From NCBI GenBank assembly GCA_039621445.1, contig CP154954.1:25122954-25186953 (forward strand): 64,000 nucleotides of DNA, read 5' to 3'. Under the pieces are notes generated by a model. It was not told the origin of the DNA, searched no databases, and saw only the letters and a list, made by a program, of their open reading frames with translations. Every line of letters starts with the position of its first letter. The first letter of the stretch is position 1. The position numbers were made by a program, and so were the translations under genes. The stretch comes from Euglena gracilis (taxonomy: Eukaryota). Shown in pieces: positions 40,001 to 49,200 of the stretch.

Positions 40001-43000
40001 CCTCATTTTGAGGTACAGTGGCCTGACACATTAAATGGGCGGCGAATTAATGCCACTGACAAGCACACCGGATTCGTGCTGGTGGCAGGGTAAACGGTAA
40101 GTGGCCGTCTGTCTCCCACCACTGTCACACCGAACCCCGAACCCCCCCCCCCCACCCAAGGAGAGGGCTTTCCCCTCGCACCCCACAGGAGAGGGGACCT
40201 TTCTTGAAAAGAATTCCCGCTACCATCGTCTTTAAATGAAGCAACAAAGAAAAAATACTAAAATAAACAATAAAAACAATTTAATGAATTGATTAAATAA
40301 ATTAATCATCGATAAAGAAATTACACTCATATATTATTATAATAATAAATAATAACTTAATAGCAATAAAAGGGGAGCACTCTCAAGATCGTACCCCCAC
40401 TTCAACATCCGCTCTGAATTCCAAGCAACGGGGTTCAGCGTGTGTCAACCCCCCCCCTCGCAGGGGCGGTGGTACTTCCACGCCGCGGTGGCCCATGCCC
40501 ACCCCCACGTGGAGCCGGAGGTGATGGACGACATCGCCCAGGCCCTGGACGTCCGGTGGCTCGTGAAGCCGCCGGTGCGGGAGCCCATCCTGGTCAAGTG
40601 TGCTCCCTCCCCCCCGCACACACCCGGATTTGCTTTTTTTTTGAATTCCCCATTTCTCCCCTTTTTTGGCAACTCCTTCTTTTCCCGTCTTTTCCGTTCT
40701 TTATATCTTCCCCCTCCACCCCCCTCCGGCACAGCGTCGTACTCAGCGTCGGCACCAGGGGTTTTTTTTTAGTCTCGCACCCCCGGGGAGGGGGGGGGGC
40801 AGGGTGGGTGGGTCTGGCCGAGCCCCCCTGGGGGGTCCCCTCAGGGGAGTGGGATATACTTTTTTGAAATTTTTTGAAAAAGTCCCTTTTTTAGCACTTT
40901 TCGCGATACTTTGGCCATTTTTGGGGAAAGGTGAGTGGGTCCCCCGCCCCCCCTGGGGTGGCCCCCAGGGGGTGGGTGGGTGGGTGGGTGGGTGGGGGGG
41001 ACCCCCCTCCCCCTCGGTCTAAAAAAACCCCTGGTCGGCCCAGTGTCGTTGAATGCACAGCATTTTTTGTTGCACGCACCCCATGCCAGTGTGCCAATGC
41101 CACTTTTCCGGACGTCACCCATTTCCCATTCAAGCACCACCAACGGCACCCTCCTGCACCCGTCCCTGCCGTTTTGGACCGGGGCGGGCGTGTCACGCTT
41201 CTCGCGCCCCGTTTCTTTCCCACCCCGGCCACGCTGCCTCCGCCTCGCCTTCCGTTGCCTCACCGCCCCACACAGGTACGGGCACCACGCGGACCTGTAC
41301 GAGTGCGTCCACGCAGTGCTGCAGCACGCCCTGCGCTACCTCAGCGTCGGGGGCCACCCCAAGGACCGGGACGCGGGGGCCCGGGACCCGCTCGGCGGGC
41401 GGTCCCGCGGGGCGGGCGGTCGTCGGGTCCGCCGCTGCCTGTTGGGCGTGATGGGTGGGCTCCCACCACACATCTGCTGTTGGACATCCTCTCACCAAAC
41501 GCCACACTCACCAAATGCCAGGAAGGCTGGTGGGTATGGCATGCGGTCAGCAGGAGAGGGGCGGGGCACAAACACTATTTGCGTTTCTGTATTTGTTTTT
41601 TGTGTGTTTTTTTTGCCAATTTACAATTTTTTGTGAATTTTTCAAATTTGCAAATTTTTTGAGTCTTTTTTTTTTTGAGGGTCCCCCCTGTGGAGCAGGA
41701 GGGGGATGTTGGACTGAGCTTCTAACCAACACGGCTGCTGGTGTGCACTGTGTCTGGAGGGGGAGGGGGACGAGGGGCTCCCGCCAGAGACCTGCACAAT
41801 GGACAGACCAGCGCACTGCTGGAGCAGCTGTGCTGGCCGGAGCTGCTGGCCCCGCTGCTGGGGCCGCACAAGAACCTGCTGAAGCAAGAGGCGAGGTGTG
41901 GCCGCTCGCCCCCCCCCCCCCAGAGCCCCCCCCCCACCCCCAACGGCCTATGACTTGGAAACACGAGCTTGAAGTGGAGCCCCACCCCGGAGATGCTTCT
42001 CTTCACTGCTGCAAGTAACACTCGGAGTGAGGTGCATTCCATTGCTTTAATTTTTTTTGAAAGTGGGAAGTTATTCCCTCACCCCTGGGGTCAGAATGCA
42101 ATGGTGTGGTCAGGGGTGTACACCAATCTGCTTGTTTTGGGCATTGTTTGCACTTGCAAAAAAGTGCGCATATTGATGTGCTTGATATTTGTTTGACTTC
42201 TTCTGCTTGTGTAAATGTGTGAAATACGTTTTTCGACATGTGTGCCGCTGGTCCTGAGTTTGAGCTGAGGGTTGAGGCTTGTTTCCCACCGAACGGCCAC
42301 CATGCTTTTCTGTTGGTATGGGTTGGCTTCAGGGGTTTTTTTAGTCGTGGACCCCCCGGGGGGGAGGGGGGGGTTGGGTGGGTGGGTCCGGCCGAGCCCC
42401 CCCCCCCCCCCAGGGGAGTCCCCCCGGAGGGGGGTGGGATATACTTTTCGGCGCCGAAGGCGCCGAAAAAGTGCTAGTTTTAGCACTTTTCGCGATTTTT
42501 GGCCATTTTTTTGTGGGCTTCCTGGGTGGCTTCGTCCTGCAGTCCATTTTGTGGATATCTCTCTTTACTCCCGCAGCGTGTACTACCCGCAGTGCTCGCG
42601 GACTGGGGACAAATTCAACGATGGCACACTGCGTGTCTTCGCCTCGTACTGGCGAGTGCGACAAATCCCCAACCGCCTGTGCATGTTTCCGCTCTGTTCT
42701 GAGTCCGAAATGGTCACAGGGGGAACCTTTCTTGCTCTCAGTTTCACCCCACATTGAAACGGGAAGGCACCATGGATTTCCACCCAGGAGCTCTCCTGGC
42801 GGTCCCTTCAGACTCGCGACTGAAAACCTTCCATCTGGAGTGCGCATGCATGTTAACTGGAGCCCTTTGTGTGTCTCCCTGTGCTAATTGGCTGCCATTC
42901 CTCCTGGCAGAGGCTTTCACCGTTGCTTTTCTTCCCTGGGGAATGGTCTTTTGGGTTACTGGTCCCTCTTCCCAGCCCTCTCACCAGCTCAACCTCACAA

Positions 43001-46000
43001 GGGACAGAAAGGCGCCAGGCTCGGGCTCGTCAGGCTCAGACCAAGTTCCCTGACAGCACCACCTTCCCGGTGTGCACGCAGAAGGCCGAGCAGCGGAAAG
43101 TGCTGCCCATGCTTTCGCCCTCTGCCATATGGCCACCACTGGTTACTTGGCCGAAGTGGATTGAGGCGTCAAATCCAAGTCTTCTCACGGATTAACAATC
43201 GGTCGTCGTTTTCAGTTTCCTCTCCTCAGGGCTGTATGGGACTCCCCGAAACCGTATGGGCAGTGGATGGGGGAGTGTCGACCCTCCACCTCCATCCTGG
43301 TGGGTTGGGGGGGTTGGGGGGTTTTGACCCCCTCCAGAACTTCCAGGGAGTCGAGTCAAAAGTTTCTGTGCGCTATGGTGGATCCCACCAGGCCTTCATG
43401 TGCAGCCCTGTTCTCCCTTTGTACGGTAGGGAAACTAAATAGTGGGACGGTCCAGGGAAACTAAATAGTGGGACACCCCAAAAAAATGCTGATCCCCCGG
43501 AGACCGTCAGCGAGTTGCAAAAGGGTTTTCAAATTGTTGCAATATCAGGAGGCTTCAATGTGTGGCATGTATAAGGTGTAGCCTAGGGCCGTGGGGGGCC
43601 TGTCAGTAACGGGTGGGACCAACATCAGCGTCGAGCACAGCAGCAAGGCAGCTGGGCATCGACGCGTGTATACCTCGAATTTGTTCGGGAGAAATGTCAG
43701 CAAAAGCACGCTGCAGAGCTGCCCAAAGTTTGTTTCGGTTAGGGAAAACACATCCTTCCAGCTTTGTGAGCAAGAAGCACGACGTCCTGGCTGCAATGCT
43801 GTGAAGATGCTGGATGACGGGTCCTGCACAGGCTTCTGCTTGGAGATAGCGGATCTCCTCGGTTTGCCAGGCGTAGGAGTGGGGAGGTCTCAGCGGTCCA
43901 TTGCGAATGATGCATTTTCCAAGCTCCCATTGAAAACCGTTCCCCCTGTGAACTGTGAGGCACAGGCTTAGCAAATGAGAGGAAACGATGGGCTGGGGCA
44001 GATGCAGCTCTCCTAGATAAGAGGTGGATTGAACACCCTGCCCCCCTCCCCCCATGCAAGGCGAAGAAACGAGGCCTGTTTGCGGCCCGCAATGAGCCCG
44101 GATCTCAACCCGATCGAGCACCTGTGGGTGCTTGTGCTCGCAAAGCTCGAAGGATGTGTTTTCCCTAACCGAAACAAACTTTGGGCAGCTCTGCAGCGTG
44201 CTTTTGCTGACATTTCTCCCGAACAAATTCGAGGTATACACGCGTCGATGCCCAGCTGCCTTGCTGCTGTGCTCGACGCCGATGTTGGTCCCACCCGTTA
44301 CTGACAGGCCCCCCACGGCCCTAGGCCATCCATTGGATGGTACTGGGTACACCTTACACATGCCACACATTGAAGCCTCCTGGTATTGCAACAATTTGAA
44401 AACCCTTTGCAACTCGCTGACGGTCTCCGGGGATCAGCATTTTTTTGGGGTGTCCCACTATTTAGTTTCCCTGCTGTAACTGTTTAGTTCAGATGAGTAA
44501 ATTGCATGGGACGCAACCACATAGAATGTTGCAGTTCAAAAGCCTGGCCAAACGCCGTTAAGGGTGACCCAGGTTTCATTGCAGCTCAACCTCACATTGA
44601 GCTGCAGAGCTTTCGGTCACAAAAAACCTGCAAATCTACCCCTTATTCTGCATCCTGCTGTGGTTCCCCCTTTTGGGGGGGCTTGGGGGCCCATTGGGGG
44701 TCAATTTGGAGTTACCCTGAAACTTGGAGCTTCTCCAGGAATGGGTACCTGCTCGGGGGGGGGGTAGGCACCTATTTGGCCCGACCCCCCCTCGGGGTCA
44801 CCAACAAAATCATCAATGGGCCGCCCTCCCAAGGTCCTCATAAGACTCTCCGTGGGCCGGGCGTGGCGGGGATCGACCAGGCCATCCAGGAGGTGCTGCT
44901 CATGATGCCCGCCGGGGACGGCCTCATGATGGCGGGGCAGCTGGGGGCCCAGCTGGGCGGCTGGCAGGCGTTCTGCAAGTGTGGCTGCGGGGGGCATGGG
45001 GGCGTGCTGGCGGCCATGCAACTCGGGGCCATGGCGACAACCGAGTGTTCGCTTTGCGTGCGCAAGGGGGGGAGAGTCTGGGGGAACTCCTTTCTGGCCG
45101 TAGGGAGGGGATGTGGATCAAAAGTTATTTCCTCCTCAGCCAGCCGGTTGGGCCATTGCCAATTTGCCAAAAGTGTCTGAAAACAGGATTTTGCGTTTTT
45201 TTGAAATCCCCTTTTTTGTGCTGGTTTTGCTATTACGGGATTGACCCACCAACACTTTCCCCTCCCCTCACTAAATACCCTCCTCGGAGATTCGGTTTGC
45301 CTGAATGGCAGAATTCGCGTAGCCCGTGAACTTTGGGAGAGACATTGGGCAACCATTGTCTTCCACGTTATTGTCTGACTGTCAGTGTTAGTCAGGGTCC
45401 CAAGTTAAAGTTAGCACGTGCCTGTTGGCAAGTGATGAGACAATGCCACAGGGCTACATACAATGTGTGCGCATGCAAACGGCCCACTTGAGGGTGGCGG
45501 CGGCACAAATTCGACTGCATGCAAGGACCGCCCTGTGGAAATAATGAGTCCACCCACAGATGCTGAAACGGTATAACGGTATCTGTTTTTGCGGTTATGG
45601 CAAGGCTGGGGAGAAGGTTTGCAGACTTTTGGATCTCTGGCCTAGGCCGTCAGGGAGACCAGGTAGCACCAACTGGCAGTGGCTGCGCTGAAGGCGTTGC
45701 TTTCGAGGCTCCCAGCATTTCGAAACGGCGCTGCAATTCACCTGAGCGGCAGGCAAATTGGCCACTTTGGGGGGACGTTGTGTCTGTCTGCTCTCATCTT
45801 GCGCAGCAAGTACGCTGTGGATTTGGCACCGTCGTTGAGAATGTTCTTCCAGAAGTTCCCCGAGCACTTCACACTGTGTGACCCGGGGACGGCGGTGGTG
45901 GATCAGTTTTGTCTGAGACGGCCACAGTGGGTCGTGTTCCCCGTCCTCACCGACACCCACACCCACCCACCCACCCAAACTCACCCACTGCTTGTTGCAT

Positions 46001-46876
46001 GAGACCTCTGTTTTCACCTTTTTTTTGGAAACATATGCTCCGGCCCTCGATCCAGCTTCTCTCGCCATCAACAACCTGAACCAAATGGGCAAGGTTAGGG
46101 TTGGGGCCAGGGCTATACTCATCCTATTAAAGGCGTTGGCTGATCCTAACCCTAATCCTAGCCACCGGAAAGGGTGGCTCAGATCGCGCAGCGGCCACCA
46201 CCCGGCGAGGGGGTCCCGCGGTCTGGCCGTCCCCGGCTGGGGAGGATGAGCGGCTCGTGAAGCGGACGGTGGCAGCGCCGGGCCACGTGCAGGTCGTGAT
46301 GCCGACCGGTCGGGCGGTGTCCGGGCTGGACGGCGACGACGAGGACGGGCAGAAGAAGAAGAAGCCTGCCGAGGCTGGAGGCTGCGGGGGTAGGGTGTCG
46401 ACAAGCGTTTGGCCGAGGCTGAACAGGAAGGCGTGGCCGACGGAGTTCTTGGCTTCTGGCGCGGCCCAGGCACATTTTACCACGTGCCCCCCGGATCAGA
46501 CGTTGGTGTCTGGGTGCCTTGGAGTGGCTGCCCATTGGACAGCCACCCCAGTGGACTCTAGACACATCCAGCCTACTTTGGGCTCAAGCACAGCACTGCA
46601 CAAGTGTACCACACAATCCGCATTTTTTGCCATTGGCGGCCGCCGTGGGGTGGGGGGGGGCAACGCCCCTTTGGCCGCCGTGGCCCCGGCCTCCCAGCGT
46701 GCCGACCCGGCGGGGGCGGATGGCGAAGGTGAAGCAGGTCCGCATGGAGGTGCTCGCCCGCCGCGTGGCCCGCAAGACGAAGATCTCCAAGCTGAAGAAG
46801 AAAAAAACCGCCCCGCCCCGGCCGTGGCTTGCCATGGTCTATGGCTCAAACCAGAAATTCATTTAACCCCTGTCTG

Positions 46877-46909
<33 letters not shown>

Positions 46910-46968
46910 GGTGGGTGGGTGTGTGTGGGTGTGTGGGTGTGTGGGTGTGGGGGTGTGGGTGTGGGTGT

Positions 46969-47041
<73 letters not shown>

Positions 47042-47860
47042 TGTGAGTGGGTGGGTGGGTGGGTGGGTGTGTGGGTGTGTCAGTGTGTGCAGTTTGTGGG
47101 TGGTTTTCATGGGCTGGAACACCCCTCCCCCCAAAGGGACTGGGGCATCTGGTGTCGGTCCGACTTGGCTGAAGGCCGGCCTGAAAACCTTCTCCCAGTG
47201 TGCTTTGACCAATTCTCGAGAGCCTTTGGTTTGGTAGGTAGGTCGTCTCCCCTTCTTCCGGGTAAATGTGTGGGTTTCAGAGAAAATAAATGCCCAGGGG
47301 TTGCTTTTTTTCACGTTTAAACAAAAGTTGTTGGCTTTTCTCCTGTCTTTCCTCCCCGCCCCGCCTTGCGTAATTTGGAATTGGAATTATTTTGATTAAC
47401 TTCCGTTTTTTTTCCTTCCGCCTTTCCTGTTCACTTTTTCTATAAAGGTTCGATTTTTTCGCCAATAACCAACCCATGCGTTTTTAAAAAATGCGGACAG
47501 CGCACACCCGGGCATTCATTCATTTGGATGCCGGGGTGTGACACACGATGGAGTCGAGTGGAAACCGCATTCTTTACGGAGGGTGCCCCACCCCCGTCAC
47601 TCTCCAAGTCAGGTCTGTCTCGCCCGCCAAGCCGAGGCCGGGGCCCAACCCGCAAGAGGGGCCGCGGGCTCATGCCCCGCCGCAAGGTGTTCTGACCGGC
47701 GCCCGTGCACCCGCGGTAGCCTGTGCCACCCCATCCGTCCCCCTTGCCCACCCCCTGAGCCGTGCTGGGGCCCACACTGGCCGCTGCAGGGAACTCACGC
47801 TGCGTGGTGTTGGCTGGGGCGTAGCATAAGAAAATTTGACCCCACCCCCCGGGGTCCAGC
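28539..47860 (+). CDS. Multi-exon gene: zf-C6H2 (MetAP1/MYND-like zinc finger) protein with possible LOTUS/OST-HTH-like domain and basic C-terminus. 3' end unresolved (may reach ~49110).
   Basis: Exons: 28539-28642, 29549-29598, 29753-29941, 31687-31800, 31887-31922, 32164-32231, ~32970-33103, ~34340-34430, ~34745-34830, 36923-37042, 38015-38058, 38716-38743, 39268-39366, 39658-39720, 40464-40597, 40735-~40752, 41276-41401, 41788-41895, 42577-42655, ~43057-43099, ~44855-44978, 45807-45879, 46242-46361, 46720-~46810, ~47827-. Many GT-AG junctions are phase-compatible. ATG is preceded by a pyrimidine tract and AG (28529-28530). Confidence 0.8.
28643..29548 (+). other. Nonconventional (non-GT-AG) stem-loop intron
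   Basis: 5' gcg-CGCGCCTGCGTCC pairs with 3' GGACGCAGGCGTG-gaggc|G. Removal rebuilds the zinc-finger CTQAC spacing. Confidence 0.82.
28853..29406. mobile_element. Degenerate hAT-type element nested in intron 1
   Basis: CAGGGG...CCCCTG ends. TSD GGGGCCAG/GCGGCCAT (6/8). Internal TTGCAT-rich short repeats. Confidence 0.6.
32285..32713. mobile_element. hAT-type MITE, family CAGGGTTCGATATAAGGA (intronic)
   Basis: 19-bp perfect TIR CAGGGTTCGATATAAGGAG. Perfect TSD CCTGGGCC (32277-32284, 32714-32721). Confidence 0.95.
35435..36105. mobile_element. Degenerate MITE (family of 56106-56545) with a second MITE nested at 35718-36009
   Basis: Shares GCTAGTCCAAAT...GAAGCGCCGAATTTTT...TTTTCCAGTGTC with 56106-56545. 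Inner element ends are CAGGCTTCTTT / AAAGAAGCCTG. Confidence 0.75.
36330..36502. mobile_element. hAT-type MITE, family CAGGGCAGTACGGGAA
   Basis: CAGGGCAGGACGGGAA ... TTCCTGTACAGCCCTG. TSD GGAAGGTG/GGCAGGGG (6/8). Confidence 0.85.
37043..37383. repeat. Degenerate (TG)n / GTGTGTAC microsatellite starting at a GT splice donor
   Basis: AAG|gtgtgtgt directly follows exon 36923-37042. Confidence 0.92.
38787..39248. mobile_element. hAT-type MITE, family CAGGGCAGTACGGGAA (long form)
   Basis: CAGGGCAG...CTGCCCTG. Perfect TSD CCGAGGGG (38779-38786, 39249-39256). Confidence 0.93.
39370..39652 (+). mobile_element. hAT-type MITE inserted in a coding exon; predicted nonconventional intron 39367-39657
   Basis: CAGAGGTTTTTTTTT ... 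[35 protein letters not shown]. Removal gives ...[20 protein letters not shown]. Confidence 0.88.
40756..41033. mobile_element. hAT-type MITE, family CAGGGGTTTTTTT, at an exon boundary
   Basis: TIR CAGGGGTTTTTTT / AAAAAAACCCCTG. TSD GTCGGCAC/GTCGGCCC (7/8). Confidence 0.92.
42330..42524. mobile_element. Internally deleted MITE, family CAGGGGTTTTTTT (inside GT-AG intron 41896-42576)
   Basis: Intact left end, right end reduced to CCTG. TSD GTTGGCTT/GGTGGCTT (7/8). Confidence 0.82.
43227..43410. mobile_element. Degenerate MITE related to the CAGGGCAGTACGGGAA family
   Basis: CAGGGCTGTATG ... CATGTGCAGCCCTG ends. GTCGACCC motif. TSD poor. Confidence 0.6.
43424..44476. mobile_element. Tc1-derived fold-back element with ~320-bp inverted arms
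   Basis: TA on both sides (43422-43423, 44477-44478). Arms 43453-43772 and 44135-44473 are near-perfect reverse complements. Confidence 0.93.
44083..44304 (+). pseudogene. Tc1 transposase C-terminal fragment
   Basis: [14 protein letters not shown]...[19 protein letters not shown] matches the Tc1 SPDLNPIE motif and SMPxR...GxTxY tail. Confidence 0.92.
45880..46241 (+). other. Nonconventional stem-loop intron
   Basis: gac-CCGGGGACGGC ... GCCGTCCCCGG-ctggg|G, a perfect 11-bp stem. Joins FPEHFTLC to EDERLVKR in frame. Confidence 0.8.
46362..46719 (+). other. Nonconventional stem-loop intron
   Basis: aag-CCTGCCG ... CGGCGGG-ggcgg|A plus inner stem GCTGGAGGCTGCGGGG / CCCCGGCCTCCCAGC. Joins DGQKKK to MAKVKQVR in frame. 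Confidence 0.72.
46876..47088. repeat. (TG)n/(GGGT)n microsatellite
   Basis: Direct observation. Confidence 0.95.
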
Positions 47861-49200
47861 CAGCCAGCAACCTTTTTCCAGCCCCGGACCCCCTCCGCCC
47901 CTCAACGAGTTTATTTTTTTCCAGCCGCCCGCAGGGCGGCTTGAGTAACAAATTTTTCGCTTTCGGGGTGCAAAAATGGGCCAAAATGGGTCAAAAATGG
48001 GCGAAAGTGGGTCGGGGGTCGGAAAAGGGCTGGTCAGGGCGAATTTCGGGTAAATTTTTTTTACCCCCATGCATAATTGCATGTTTTGCATAATTGGCAG
48101 TTTTTTTGGACAATTTTGCCGTTTCGATTTTTTTTGGTACCCGGTTCGACCCTGGTTTGGGCCCAGCTCCAGGGACGGGGGTCAGGCAGCAACCTTTTTC
48201 AGCCAGCCCAAATTTTCCAGCTCTAGCTGGAACCCGGGGGGGGGGGTTAAAAATGTCCTGGTGTTGGGCATGGCCTATTGCCCTGGGACAACATCGGTTG
48301 CGGTGCAAATCTTCTGCCTGCCCCGTTGCTGGCTCCCCGAACGCAGTGCTTCCAAAGGTCGCAGAGACCCGCTGTGCCTCTGTGGCACCTTTTTATCCCT
48401 TTGACCCGTCCCCAGCACCACAGTAGTGTGCAGCGTTGTGCCGCAGGTTGGTGGGTGCCATGAGTAGACAGGGGGGTAGGGCATTTTCGACCCCCCCCCC
48501 CGGAGGATCGGGTTTTGGGGTGGATAGTGCTAGAGCATGCCCTCCGGTGCCTGAAGGTGTCGGGGCCCGAAAATTGCCATTTTTTATGGGAAAATTGGCT
48601 TCGTTGGCAGGCGCAGGGGCCCAAACCGACCCCCCCCCCCCCGGGTGTGTGCCTGCTGTGGGCCGGCCCCCGGGGCTGGTGAAAAGAAGCCGGATTGTGC
48701 GACCGCCCCTCCCACCTCCATCCATGTGGCCCCAGCCCCCGTTTCCCTCCCCCGCTGCCTCCCCTGCCCCGAGCCCTCCCAACCCTCTCCCTCTCCCACC
48801 CTACACTGTTGCCCCCGTCAGCAGTTCTGAAGGCCTCACTGGCCACACTCTGCCCTTCCCCCAGCAACGTTCCGGCCTGCGCTATGTGTGCGCGCCATGG
48901 GCGTCTTGTGCACGAGATGCTGGTCGGTGGGCCCCAAAGGTCCAAGGGCAGATTTCTGGTGAATGTACGGTGCGCAACAACCGCTCGACACTGCACTGAC
49001 TTTTTGATTTATGATTTTTTCCCTCGGCGATGTCTGCACCACCTCGCTCCCTGCGTTGTCGCGCGTCAAGCGGCTCGGCAGAGGTTCACTCCGGTCACAT
49101 GGGCTGCCTGTGGCAACGTTTTCCAGCCCCGTCCCCCCCGGGCGACGCAGGCTGCCGGCCACCCCCCTCCCACACCCCTGCCCTCCCCCCAGGCCTCCAC

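Noticed and set aside
42272-42576. MITE 42330-42524 as an intron inside ORF 42272-42757
   Set aside because: A phase-compatible GT-AG intron 41896-42576 explains the region.
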